From assembly GCA_963828125.1 (NCBI GenBank), contig CAWHDP010000001.1, positions 288,001 to 352,000 of the forward strand: a DNA stretch of 64,000 nt. Direction: 5' to 3'. Positions 47,125-57,503 of this stretch are shown in pieces (the stretch's first letter is position 1; the number at the start of each line of letters is the position of its first letter). Both the position numbers and the translations under genes were made by a program. Source of the DNA: an uncultured Chlamydiae bacterium (GTDB taxonomy: Bacteria; Chlamydiota; Chlamydiia; Chlamydiales; SM23-39). A model generated the notes under the pieces. The model was not told where the DNA came from. It saw nothing but the letters and a program-made list of their open reading frames with translations, and did no database searches.

Positions 47125-47556
47125 ATGACAACAAATATATTACATCAGTTCAGTGTACAACAACTCAATACAGCCTTAGAAAGGATACAAGAGAATCTTG
47201 ACCACGCTCGTATACCTTTGGCTTGGGTCGAGGAGGAAGTAACAGCTCGCCAAGTTGAAAAAGGTCCTTGGGCGGCGGTGAGATGGACGATATTGGATAC
47301 GTTAACCGAAAGATTCATTGAGTTGGTTGTTAATTTAGTAAAAACTATTTTGAATGGGTTCGTTGCGCTTGCCTGTTTGTGCTTGAATAAAAAAGCAAAT
47401 AGCCGGCTAAAAAAATCATTTACTGTAATTAAGCAAACTCCGATACAGATCGGTTGCTTGCTCTACGCTCTTTTCAAACCAAAAGAGGGCATGAAGGCCT
47501 ATTATGACTACCGATTGAATCGGAAACCTCCCCTCAATCCGCCAAGCTCTAAATAG
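47125..47556 (+). CDS. Hypothetical protein
   Basis: 143-aa ORF filling the gap; visibly more AT-rich than its neighbours. Confidence 0.6.
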   Translation: MTTNILHQFSVQQLNTALERIQENLDHARIPLAWVEEEVTARQVEKGPWAAVRWTILDTLTERFIELVVNLVKTILNGFVALACLCLNKKANSRLKKSFTVIKQTPIQIGCLLYALFKPKEGMKAYYDYRLNRKPPLNPPSSK

Positions 47557-48532
47557 CCGATGCGAGCCAGAAGCTCAAAGCTCCGACGACCGCAGCGCCA
47601 GGGAGGGTAAATATCCAGGCGAGTAAAAACATCTGGGGCACTTTCCAGTTGACCGCTTTGTGGCTTTTCGCTGTTCCCACCCCGATAATGCTCCCTGCGA
47701 TCATCTGCGTCGAGCTGATTGGCATCCCCAAAAAGCTGGCGCCTAAGATGATCGCAGAGGCGGAGAGTTCTGCAGTGAATCCTTGCGCAGGTTCCAGCTT
47801 GGTCAGGGAAAAAGCCATCGTATTAATAATCCGGAAACCCCCAGAGGCAGTTCCGAGCCCCATCATCACAGCGCACGCCATGATGACCCAAAGAGGGATG
47901 TGAGTTGTTTCGAGATAGCCCCCTGCAAAAAGGCCAAGCGTAATGATCCCCATGCTCTTTTGCGCATCGTTGAGTCCGTGGGCGAGCGCCACAAAACAGG
48001 CCGAACCGATCTGAAGGTGCCGGAAGAGTTTTTGACCGTGGTCTTGTTCCCGGTAGGAAAGATACCAATGGAGCGCTTTCATTAAAGAAAAGGCCAAAAT
48101 AAAGCCGATCACGGGGGTGACAAACATGGGGATGAGGACTTTGCCGATCACCCCTTTCCAAAGAATCGTCTGAACCCCTTGCTCCACCCAGGCGGCGCCT
48201 ATGAGCCCCCCGATGAGGGCATAGGAGGAGCTGCTCGGCAATCCGTAATACCAAGTGAGCAGATTCCAAGCGATAGCCCCGATCACTGCGGAGAGGACGG
48301 CGATTTGGCTCGTCTCTTGGGCATGGACAAGTCCTGTCGCAATCGTCTGGGCAACGCCGCTGATTTGAGTCGCTCCAATGAAGTTGAGGACGCCTGCCAT
48401 CACGATGGCTGAAAGGGGCGCCAGAACCCCCGTCGCAATCACGGTGGAGACCACATTGGCTGAATCGTGAAAACCGTTTGTGTAGTCGAAAACAAGCCCC
48501 AAAATGACGATCAAAACAATGAGGATATCCAT
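47549..48532 (-). CDS. PiT-family inorganic phosphate transporter
   Basis: NGFHDSAN, GLPSSSS, AHGLNDAQK, GMPISST. Confidence 0.92.
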   Translation of the reverse strand: MDILIVLIVILGLVFDYTNGFHDSANVVSTVIATGVLAPLSAIVMAGVLNFIGATQISGVAQTIATGLVHAQETSQIAVLSAVIGAIAWNLLTWYYGLPSSSSYALIGGLIGAAWVEQGVQTILWKGVIGKVLIPMFVTPVIGFILAFSLMKALHWYLSYREQDHGQKLFRHLQIGSACFVALAHGLNDAQKSMGIITLGLFAGGYLETTHIPLWVIMACAVMMGLGTASGGFRIINTMAFSLTKLEPAQGFTAELSASAIILGASFLGMPISSTQMIAGSIIGVGTAKSHKAVNWKVPQMFLLAWIFTLPGAAVVGALSFWLASAI

Positions 48533-48598
48533 GATTTTAAGCTTTGCATAAAAGGAGATTTTTGGCACCATTGACCTGTTTTTAACCCCGAGGAATAT

Positions 48599-49159
48599 AT
48601 GGCAAAAGTCTTCGCTTTTTTCATGGCAGCCCTTTTACCCGTTTTTATGTTTGCAGCAGAGGAGAGTGCAATTGTGACAATGACAAAAAATCCAATAGTT
48701 GTTTTTGAGACGAATTTAGGGGTTTTTGAAGCGGCCCTGAAACCCGACGTCGCGCCTAAAGCTTGTGAGAATTTTCTCGGCTTAGTAGCGAAGGGATACT
48801 ACGATGGAGTGATTTTCCATAGAGTGATCAAGAATTTTATGATCCAAGGCGGCGATCCGCAAGGTACGGGCCGAGGAGGTCAGTCGATTTGGGGCAAACC
48901 GTTTGAAGATGAGTGCAAGGCCGATGTAAAGTTCGACAAGCCAGGTCTTCTCGCTATGGCCAATAGCGGTCCAAAGACGAATGGGAGTCAATTTTTTATC
49001 ACTACGGCAACGACCCCCTGGCTCAATATGCGCCATACGATTTTCGGCGAAGTGACCGCCGGTTACGACATCGTGAAAAAAATTGAGGCGTCGCCCACCG
49101 CTCCTGGAGATCGCCCTGTTGAGCCGATCAAGATCAAAAAGGCTTATGTAAAAGAGTAG
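48599..49159 (+). CDS. Cyclophilin-type peptidyl-prolyl isomerase
   Basis: FHRVIKNFMIQGGD, AMANSGPKTNGSQFFIT. Confidence 0.95.
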   Translation: MAKVFAFFMAALLPVFMFAAEESAIVTMTKNPIVVFETNLGVFEAALKPDVAPKACENFLGLVAKGYYDGVIFHRVIKNFMIQGGDPQGTGRGGQSIWGKPFEDECKADVKFDKPGLLAMANSGPKTNGSQFFITTATTPWLNMRHTIFGEVTAGYDIVKKIEASPTAPGDRPVEPIKIKKAYVKE

Positions 49160-50378
49160 AAGAAGAGAGGTGCGCCGCGAAGATGAGGGCAAGAGCCCAA
49201 CAGACGGGGTGTACCTCTTTTCCCTCTCCTTTGAGCGCTTTTAGAAGACAAAAAGAGACGAACCCGAAGGCAAATCCGAGATAGATGCTGAACGTAATCG
49301 GAATGGTAAAGAGGGTGATCATCGCAGGGATCGCCTCCGTGTAGCTAGTCCACCGGATCGTCCGGATTTCGAGGGCCATAAAAATTCCGATGGCAATGAT
49401 CACAGGCGTTGTGGCGAGGAGAGGGATAGAGGAGATCAGAGGATAAAAAAATAGCCCGACGAGGCAGCAAGCGGCCGCCGTGAGGGCCGTTGTTCTGGTT
49501 CTGCCCCCTGCTTTGATGCCAGCGGTCGATTCGAGGGTGAAGGTGAGGGTTCCCGTTCCGAGCAAGGCGGCGAGCATTGAGCCAGGCCCATCTGGAATGA
49601 CGATCCTGTCGATGTTTTTGATCTGTCCCTTGCCGTCTATTTTGTGAGCTAGCTTTGAAAGGACGGTCAGACTGGCGCTGGTGTCGAATAGACAGATTAA
49701 AATCACAGAGAGGAGAGTGCCCAGCCACTCAAATTGGAGAGGCGAGGCGAAGTCGAGTTGAAGAAAGGTGGGGACAAGAGAAGAGGGGAGGGCGGAGAAT
49801 CCGTGCCACTCGGCAAGCCCGAATGGGATCGCAAGGAGCCAGCAAGCGAAGATCGTGAGTAGGAAGGCGCTGTTTATTTTAAAATAAGAGAGGGAAAAAA
49901 AGAGGATGAGGCCAAAAAGGACGATCCCATGCGAGATCGATGCAAATGGCTGAGGGACGCCGAGATCCTTAAGTCCAACGCAAATCAGGAAAAGGCCGAT
50001 CCCCCCAATCGCCGCCGACTTGATCGTAGCCGGAAGATGGAGGAGGATTTTTTGTCTTACCTTGAAAAGGCTGAGGAGAAAAATCGCAACTCCCGCCCAG
50101 AAAACAATCCCGAGTGCAATTTGCCAGCTGGCGTGTTCTTTTAAAATGACCGAATAGACGAGAAAAGGGCCGACGCTAAGCCCTGGCGCTAAAACCGCTG
50201 GGAAGTCGGTATAGAGGGCGAAAAACAGCGTCGAAAGGGTGATCGTCAGAATCGTTGCGGTGAGGGCGGAGCCAAAGTCGACGCCCCCCTCGCTGAGAAT
50301 TTTTGGGTAGAGGAGAACCAGATAGGCAACCGTACAAAAGGTCGAGAGTCCAGCCAGGAGTTCTTTACGCAGTTTCAG
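49134..50378 (-). pseudogene. NCS2/AzgA-type nucleobase permease with a frameshift near 49790
   Basis: Manual translation LRKELLAGLSTFCTVAY...APGL..., then a frame change to ...ESTAGIKAGGRT...IPITFSIYLG; no in-frame ATG at the start. Confidence 0.75.
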
Positions 50379-51214
50379 TTGTTCAATCTCCCGATCCGCG
50401 TCGTGAGATGAGGGTGGATAAAATCCAATACATTGTTACCCGATTCCGTGATATACAGTCTAGCGAGGCGGTTATTTTCCCGTCGATAGAGATTTTGCTG
50501 GCGCATTTTTTCGAGGGCGGACAGGGCCGCCTCGCGAGCGTTTGGGATCTTTTTTGCTAAAATTTCACATCCAACGAGATCGGCCCTCGCTTGAAACATC
50601 CGCTCTGAAACAATGTAGAATCCGACGGTTCCCATGCAAAGAGCTAACCCAAGCATCCAACCGTAAGGGGAGGCGTAAATCGCAAAAAGGGTCGCGAGCA
50701 CGGCGATTTTGATAGCGACCCTCACGAGAATGCTGTTTTCGCTAATTTGCCCGAGTTCCCGGGCGATTAAAAAGCGGGTTTCGTCATCGGAAAAGACCCA
50801 CAATTTGTCCCTGAGCTTCTCCTCTGGTTTTTCTTGTCCGAACGGGCTGTCCCCCTTGCCGGGGCGAAAAAGGTGTTGCAGCGGGATGAAGAGGACAGGG
50901 TCTCCGACTGAAAAGGAGCCGCCGTTATTGGAAAAACCGTCGTTGAGAGCTGTGGCGCTATAAGCGATGACCGTCCGCCGGATTCCTGCGCAGTCGGTCA
51001 GATCACTGATTTCTTGAAGCATCTTCTTGGCGTCGGCAGGGGGCATCATCGGTTGCAAGGAGGGGTCGGCTTGGAGAGGGAAGTAACCGTTGAAAAAAGC
51101 CTCGACAGGCGGGAAAAAATAATAAAGCGCCTTCTTATAAGGATCGATCGTGAAGGCCGAAATACTGCTTGTAAGCTGTTCAAGCCCTTGCAAGGCAGCT
51201 ACTTGTAGTGTCAT
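50375..51214 (-). CDS. M48-peptidase-like membrane protein lacking HExxH
   Basis: FSDDETRFLIARELGQ, two TM segments, ARADL, HPHLTTRI. Confidence 0.65.
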   Translation of the reverse strand: MTLQVAALQGLEQLTSSISAFTIDPYKKALYYFFPPVEAFFNGYFPLQADPSLQPMMPPADAKKMLQEISDLTDCAGIRRTVIAYSATALNDGFSNNGGSFSVGDPVLFIPLQHLFRPGKGDSPFGQEKPEEKLRDKLWVFSDDETRFLIARELGQISENSILVRVAIKIAVLATLFAIYASPYGWMLGLALCMGTVGFYIVSERMFQARADLVGCEILAKKIPNAREAALSALEKMRQQNLYRRENNRLARLYITESGNNVLDFIHPHLTTRIGRLNN

Positions 51215-51279
51215 GCCAATCTTTTGCGTTAAATTGAGGACAGTATAGAATAGCGCTGCAATAAAAACACTTGAAATGA

Positions 51280-51327
51280 TGAGCCTATCCGGCCATCTTT
51301 TTCTCCCGACATGGCGGATAGGCTCAT
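51280..51327. repeat. Intergenic inverted repeat (also in the duplicate at ~53678-53725)
   Basis: TGAGCCTATCCG...CGGATAGGCTCA; a half-site TATGAGCCTATCC also occurs at 42363. Confidence 0.6.
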
Positions 51328-51474
51328 AGGTGGTTAACTATTAGGTTGTTAAAGATTGTCAGTAAAACACAACTTTTGCAAGTGTTGGTCGATTTTGGAT
51401 TGATTGTAATATTTCTGTAGTGTATAATTTTAATATAAAATATTTAATTAACGTGTTGTTTTATTTAGGTAAAA

Positions 51475-53253
51475 ATGCATCCAATTATTCAAGCTGAACC
51501 CAATTCGTTTAAATACTATCAAATGTCTCTTGCCGCGAGATCCCAAAAATCTGCTGTGCGTGAAACGAAAAACGATGTGCCAACACCGCTTCAAGAAAGG
51601 GAGATTGTCGTATTGCCAGAATCCGATATCGGCGTCTCAGTGTCGGCGCCTCAAGCAATCCACAACTCCCTACCCCTCTCCTCAATGGTTTTAGAGCCAT
51701 CTCCTCCTCGGCAAAGCCTGGATCCAGCACAGTTGTGTGAATATGCCGATACAATAAGGCGGTGCATGCAGTCTTCGGATCCAAGCTTAGAGACAGTCAT
51801 TCACCAGACCGGTCGAGAGATCGGCAGACGTTTGTTTGATCCGCATCAATCGGATATAGATCGATGGGCAAAATGGATATTCGAATTGGCTATAGAGCAC
51901 GCAGATATGTTTTTGCAAGAATTTGCGGTACATGTTCCAGAGTCTAAGAAAGAATTTTTCCTCACATTTGCTTTAGCTTCGGGAAAGATAGATTCTGTAA
52001 ACATATTGGCCGATGCTTGGTCCATTGATCATGACACGCTTTTGCGACTCGCTGTTGCAGAGGGGGCTATGGAATGTGTCGAATCCATATTATCACGCAA
52101 GTCGCCTTTCACAGAAGAGGTGATGCAGCAATGCTTACATACAGCTGTTGCTAGAGGCTACGTGGAAATTGCGATCATTTTATCAAAAGGTGACCTTTCA
52201 TCCGTTGCAAATATTGTTTTTCAGGATGAGATAAAATGCGAAATAGATAAAAAGGCATTGACAGATAAAATATATATAATGTATCGCTTAAATTCCGTGC
52301 ATGTTGTTGATGAAATAATGAATGCATTTATTAAATTAATCGATTTGCGTAATGTGGAGAATGTGAAAACAATATGGCATTCCTCAAGAACTCATTGTTT
52401 GAAATGGCTCCCATTTGTATCTCAATACGCAAGACAACATCATTTGAATATTGTCAACATAATGTATCAACAAAACGCAAGGAGCGATTTCTTAAAATTG
52501 GATGAAAACTATGCATGTCAATGTCTAGTTGCAGTGGAACAGTTTGTTGTTCAATTGCGAGACTGCAGAATCATTCGGCCTAGCACACTCGAATATAATC
52601 AATTACCTTCAAGCTCAACTGGAACTCGTAGATTTGCAGCCCTCTTAGAAGCAATGGCATCAAAACGCAATACTATGCGTCCTGGCGATGAAGTTCAGTT
52701 ACGGATGGGGTTCCGTTCATGCTCCACTTTCAAGATGGCAAGATATTATTGGAGTGTTCGTAATTTAAATAAATTTGATAAGAACTGTCACTTCTACATA
52801 AGTAACCAAAACATAGAAAACATACACTTGCTTGCCATGAGCCAAAAACATATCTGGCTTCATGGTCTAGCTCCTGTTTCTTATGCGTGGGAAGATATTG
52901 AAAATATCTTTGAAAACATCATAAGTATGGAATTGAAAACATTAGAAGATGTAAATGTATTTTACAATCAATTGATACGTCTCATCTGGTTGATTGGCAA
53001 TACGACCCCTTTGAATCGGGGCAGCGGAACTGTAGTAGAATGGACATGGGCGCTTGCCCATATGTATCACGGTTTGTCAGTTCCCTTGTTGAAAAAAACA
53101 AACCCCCAGCTAGATCCTATAGGCCTTACTTTATTGCTTCGGGAATATCAAGAACATTTTCGTGAATTTTTTGAGCCTGAGACTATAGGAGTGCGCGCGG
53201 ATCAGCAACCTGTGCGCGGTCAACAAGAGCTTGGCGACCGGAAGGAGCCCTAA
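51475..53253 (+). CDS. Ankyrin-like plus Fido-like putative effector, copy 1
   Basis: LRLAVAEGAMECVESIL, LHTAVARGYVEIAIIL; C-terminal WLIGNTTPLNRGSG. Confidence 0.7.
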   Translation: MHPIIQAEPNSFKYYQMSLAARSQKSAVRETKNDVPTPLQEREIVVLPESDIGVSVSAPQAIHNSLPLSSMVLEPSPPRQSLDPAQLCEYADTIRRCMQSSDPSLETVIHQTGREIGRRLFDPHQSDIDRWAKWIFELAIEHADMFLQEFAVHVPESKKEFFLTFALASGKIDSVNILADAWSIDHDTLLRLAVAEGAMECVESILSRKSPFTEEVMQQCLHTAVARGYVEIAIILSKGDLSSVANIVFQDEIKCEIDKKALTDKIYIMYRLNSVHVVDEIMNAFIKLIDLRNVENVKTIWHSSRTHCLKWLPFVSQYARQHHLNIVNIMYQQNARSDFLKLDENYACQCLVAVEQFVVQLRDCRIIRPSTLEYNQLPSSSTGTRRFAALLEAMASKRNTMRPGDEVQLRMGFRSCSTFKMARYYWSVRNLNKFDKNCHFYISNQNIENIHLLAMSQKHIWLHGLAPVSYAWEDIENIFENIISMELKTLEDVNVFYNQLIRLIWLIGNTTPLNRGSGTVVEWTWALAHMYHGLSVPLLKKTNPQLDPIGLTLLLREYQEHFREFFEPETIGVRADQQPVRGQQELGDRKEP

Positions 53254-53312
53254 ACGCGATCTAGCCGAAAAATTCTTTACCATGATAGACTCCTCCTTAG
53301 AGAGGGCCTCCT

Positions 53313-53612
53313 TTACATAGAAAAGAGCACCAGACCGTCGTTGAAAGCCGTGGCGCTATAAGCGATGACCGTCCGCCGGATTCCTGCGCAGTCGGTCAAA
53401 TCACTGATTTCTTGGAGCATCTTCTTGGCGTCGGCAGGGGGCATCATCGGGTGCAAGGAGGGGTCAGCTTGGAGAGGGAAGTAACCGTTGAAAAAAGCCT
53501 CGACAGGCGGGAAAAAATAATAAAGCGCCTTCTTATAAGGATCGATCGTGAAGGCCGAAATACTGCTTGTAAGCTGTTCAAGCCCTTGCAAGGCAGCTAC
53601 TTGTAGTGTCAT
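53313..53612 (-). pseudogene. Truncated duplicate of the M48-like gene
   Basis: First ~93 codons nearly identical to 50375-51214. Confidence 0.9.
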
Positions 53613-53872
53613 GCCAATCTTTTGCGTTAAATTGAGGACAGTATAGAATAGCGCTGCAATAAAAACACTTGAAATGATGAGCCTATCCGGCCATCTTTTT
53701 CTCCCGACATGGCGGATAGGCTCATAGGTGGTTAACTATTAGGTTGTTAAAGATTGTCAGTAAAAAACAACTTTTGCAAGTGTTGGTCGATTTTGGATTG
53801 ATTGTAATATTTCTGTAGTGTATAATTTTAATATAAAATATTTAATTAACGTGTTGTTTTATTTAGATAAAA

Positions 53873-55651
53873 ATGCATCCAATTATTCAAGCTGAACCCA
53901 ATTCGTTTAAATACTATCAAATGTCTCTTGCCGCGAGATCCCAAAAATCTGCTGTGCGTGAAACGAAAAACGATGTGCCAACACCGCTTCAAGAAAGGGA
54001 GATTGTCGTATTGCCAGAATCCGATATCGGCGTCTCAGTGTCGGCGCCTCAAGCAATCCCCAACTCCCTACCCCTCTCCTCAATGGTTTTAGAGCCATCT
54101 CCTCCTCGGCAAAGCCTGGATCCAGCAGAGTTGCGTGCATATGCCGATACAATAAGGCAGTGCATGCGGTCTTCGGATCCAAGCTTAGAGACAGTCATTG
54201 ACCAGACCGGTCGAGAAATCGGCAGACGTTTGTTTGATCCGAATCAATCGGATATAGATCAATGGGCAAAATGGATATTCGAATTGGCTATAGAGCACGC
54301 AGATATGTTTTTGCAAGAATTTGCGGTACATGTTCCAGAGTCTAAGAAAGAATTTTTCCTCACATTTGCTTTAGCTTCGGGAAAGATAGATTCTGTAAAC
54401 ATATTGGCCGATGCTTGGTCCATTGATCATGACACGCTTTTGCGACTCGCTGTTGCAGAGGGGGCTATGGAATGTGTCGAATCCATATTATCACGCAAGT
54501 CGCCTTTCACAGAAGAGGTGATGCAGCAATGCTTACATACAGCTGTTGCTAGAGGCTACGTGGAAATTGCGATCATTTTATCAAAAGGTGACCTTTCATC
54601 CGTTGCAAATATTGTTTTTCAGGATGAGATAAAATGCGAAATAGATAAAAAGGCATTGACAGATAAAATATATATAATGTATCGCTTAAATTCCGTGCAT
54701 GTTGTTGATGAAATAATGAATGCATTTATTAAATTAATCGATTTGCGTGATGTGGAGAATGTGAAAACAATATGGCGTTCCTCAAGAACTCATTGTTTGA
54801 AATGGCTCCCATTTGTATCTCAATACGCAAGACAACATCATTTGAATGAGGTCAACATGATGTATCAACAAAAAGAAATGAGCGATTTCTTAAAATTGGA
54901 TGAAAACTATGCATGTCAATGTCTAGTTGCAGTGGAACAGTTTGTTGTTCAATTGCGAGACTGCAGCATCATTCGGCCTAGCACACTCGAATATAATCAA
55001 TTACCTTCAAGCTCAACTGGAACTCGTAGATTTGCAGCCCTCTTAGAAGAAATTGCATCAAAACGCAATACTATGCGTCCTGGCGATGAAGTTCAGTTAC
55101 GGATGGGGTCCCGTTCATACTCCACTTTCAAGATGGCAAGATATTATTGGAGTGCTCGTAATTTAAATAAATTTGATGAGAACTCTCACTTCTACAGAAG
55201 TAACCAAAACACAGAAAAAGAACACATGCTTGCCATGAGCCAAAAACATATCTGGCTTCATGGTCTAGCTCCTGTTTCTTATGCGTGGGAAGATATTGAA
55301 AATATCTTTGAAAAGATCATAAGTATGGAATTGAAAACATTAGAAGATGTAAATATATTTTACAATGAATTGATACGTCTCATCTGGTTGATTGGCAATA
55401 CGACCCCTTTGACTCGGGGCAGCGGAACTGTAGTAGAATGGACATGGGCGCTTGCCCATATGTATCACGGTTTGTCAGTTCCCTTGTTGAAAAAAATAAA
55501 CCCCCAGCTAGATCCTATAGGCCTTACTTTATTGCTTCAGGAATATCAAGAATATTTTCGTGAATTTTTTGAGCCTGAGACTATAGGAGTGCGCGCGGAT
55601 CAGCAACCTGTGCGCGGTCAACAAGAGCTTGGCGACCGGAAGGAGCCCTAA
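53873..55651 (+). CDS. Ankyrin-like plus Fido-like putative effector, copy 2
   Basis: Same length as copy 1; about 36 aa differences by eye. Confidence 0.7.
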   Translation: MHPIIQAEPNSFKYYQMSLAARSQKSAVRETKNDVPTPLQEREIVVLPESDIGVSVSAPQAIPNSLPLSSMVLEPSPPRQSLDPAELRAYADTIRQCMRSSDPSLETVIDQTGREIGRRLFDPNQSDIDQWAKWIFELAIEHADMFLQEFAVHVPESKKEFFLTFALASGKIDSVNILADAWSIDHDTLLRLAVAEGAMECVESILSRKSPFTEEVMQQCLHTAVARGYVEIAIILSKGDLSSVANIVFQDEIKCEIDKKALTDKIYIMYRLNSVHVVDEIMNAFIKLIDLRDVENVKTIWRSSRTHCLKWLPFVSQYARQHHLNEVNMMYQQKEMSDFLKLDENYACQCLVAVEQFVVQLRDCSIIRPSTLEYNQLPSSSTGTRRFAALLEEIASKRNTMRPGDEVQLRMGSRSYSTFKMARYYWSARNLNKFDENSHFYRSNQNTEKEHMLAMSQKHIWLHGLAPVSYAWEDIENIFEKIISMELKTLEDVNIFYNELIRLIWLIGNTTPLTRGSGTVVEWTWALAHMYHGLSVPLLKKINPQLDPIGLTLLLQEYQEYFREFFEPETIGVRADQQPVRGQQELGDRKEP

Positions 55652-55719
55652 ACGCGATCTAGCCGAAAAATTCTTTACCATGATAGACTCCTCCTTTCCC
55701 GGTGAAGAGAGGAGGGTAT

Positions 55720-56112
55720 ATGGATTCTATTCAGATCGATTTTTTCACAGTCGTGATCGCTGCGCTACTCAACATGGTCATCGGGTCTGTGTGGTATTCG
55801 AAGTGGCTGTTTGGTCCTACTTGGATGAAATTGCAAAAAATGGCAGTCGATGAATATAAAATGTTGTATCTCGGATATGAGTTGATCATCTCTTTGGTGA
55901 TCGCTTACTTCTTGGCCTTTTTCGAAACTTACCTAAGCGTCACCACTGTGACCGATGGGATGTTTGTCGGATTTTGTTTTTGGCTGGGGTTTGTCGCGAC
56001 TACACAGATTTCTCAGGTGCTTTGGAGCAAAAGTCCGTTGCGGCTTTTTTTCCTCAACACCGGATGCAAACTTCTCTCATTCCTCGTCATGAGTGGTGTG
56101 ATCGGAGCTTGA
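55720..56112 (+). CDS. DUF1761-family membrane protein
   Basis: IGSVWYSKWLFGPTWM, WLGFVATT; RBS AGGAGG. Confidence 0.8.
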   Translation: MDSIQIDFFTVVIAALLNMVIGSVWYSKWLFGPTWMKLQKMAVDEYKMLYLGYELIISLVIAYFLAFFETYLSVTTVTDGMFVGFCFWLGFVATTQISQVLWSKSPLRLFFLNTGCKLLSFLVMSGVIGA

Positions 56113-56168
56113 CATTAGAGAGGGCCTCCTTTACATAGAAAAGAGCACCAGATTGAAAGAGATTTTCC

Positions 56169-57503
56169 ATGCCGACCGAACGATCCGCCGATCTTAAAAT
56201 AAAAAAGCTCCTTCTCATTACGTCGAGTGGAGGGGGAGGGCTGATTCAGACTGCCAACGCGAAAGAGCAGGAAGCCTATGCTAAATATCCCGGCCTACAG
56301 ATTATCCGGAGGGATTTGTTAAAAGATTGGGTGTGGAAACCGATAGGAAGATTCTTTATCTATTTTTGGAATAATGCTCAGAGAAAGGGGAGCATACCGG
56401 CGCAATTGCTCTGTGTATACGGTCAGTTTTTGATCGACCTTTTCCTCCACCCGACGGTTTTCTTTTACGCCCTTTATACCCTTTTTAAAGAAGATGTGGA
56501 TTACGTGATCGACACTCAACCGCTCTGCACTTCTGCTATTGTCAAGGCGATCAAGATCTATAACCGGAAGCGGTCTAGGAAGATCCATCTCGAAAAAGTT
56601 TTAGTGGATCTCCCCACGAAAAAAGCGACCCATTTTTTCCGTGCGATCAAAAAATTGTCTCCGGAAAATCGGCGCCTTGTCCGGTTGACGACAATCGCCC
56701 CTCTCCTCGATGCGGGAGAGACGGCTGAGGAATTTTGGCAATCGACTTGCGGTCTTTCTGAAAAGGCGATCAATCTCGAAGAGGTCTACGTGCGGCAAGC
56801 TTTTCAGCGCTTCAAAAATAAGGGGCGCACCCAAGAACAGATGACGTTCCGGATTGCCTATAAAAATAGTGAAGAGATCCAATGGATGCGAGAATCGTTC
56901 GAAAGGGGGCCTATTCGAGCGAAAGTGGGGGAGAACGAGGTCGAATTTACGGTCGAGCCCGCGGATCGGATGGTCACGATTTTGCTCGGATCGCAGCCAG
57001 CGCGTATAGCGACCCGTAGCTATGTCGAAAAATTGGCTTCACTAGCCAAAGAATATCCGAACACAAGGATCCACCTTTTTGCTTTTTGTGCCGACCATAT
57101 GGAGGGGAAAGAGACGCTTCTCCGCGAGGTCTCACATTTTGCCTCCTCTATTCCCGATTACCCAAAAAACTTGTCGATTGTCCCATTTTCATTCCAAAAT
57201 GAGGCGGTGATCGCCCCTCTATTTTATCGGAGCGATGCGACTTGCACCCGTTCGGGCGGACAGACGGCGATGGAGCTCATGTGTGTCAGTACGGGGGAGA
57301 TTTGGATCCATTCGGAAGCGAATGAGGGACAAGACGTCCTGAAGGGGATCCCTGGTTGGGAGGCTGCGAGCGCTCTCTATTTGCAGAAGCTGAAAGGGGC
57401 CAAAATCGTCACCCCGGCCAAAGTCGCCTTCCATGCTAGGGGGCTATTTCAAAGAGATAATAGACAAGCCCTTGCCAATCGGCAGATACAATCAATGGCC
57501 TGA
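56169..57503 (+). CDS. GT-B glycosyltransferase-like protein (MGDG synthase/MurG-like)
   Basis: LITSSGGGGLIQTA, VIDTQP, TRSGGQTAMEL, WEAASA. Confidence 0.6.
   Translation: MPTERSADLKIKKLLLITSSGGGGLIQTANAKEQEAYAKYPGLQIIRRDLLKDWVWKPIGRFFIYFWNNAQRKGSIPAQLLCVYGQFLIDLFLHPTVFFYALYTLFKEDVDYVIDTQPLCTSAIVKAIKIYNRKRSRKIHLEKVLVDLPTKKATHFFRAIKKLSPENRRLVRLTTIAPLLDAGETAEEFWQSTCGLSEKAINLEEVYVRQAFQRFKNKGRTQEQMTFRIAYKNSEEIQWMRESFERGPIRAKVGENEVEFTVEPADRMVTILLGSQPARIATRSYVEKLASLAKEYPNTRIHLFAFCADHMEGKETLLREVSHFASSIPDYPKNLSIVPFSFQNEAVIAPLFYRSDATCTRSGGQTAMELMCVSTGEIWIHSEANEGQDVLKGIPGWEAASALYLQKLKGAKIVTPAKVAFHARGLFQRDNRQALANRQIQSMA

Larger units (their letters stand above)
50936..56152. repeat. Tandem duplication with 2398-bp period
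   Basis: 50936-53298 matches 53334-55696; 53297-53334 matches 56115-56152. Confidence 0.9.

Noticed and set aside
51475..55651. Diversity-generating retroelement TR/VR pair
   Set aside because: Differences are not adenine-specific (C/G, T/C and G/C changes occur), both copies are full ORFs, and no intact RT is nearby
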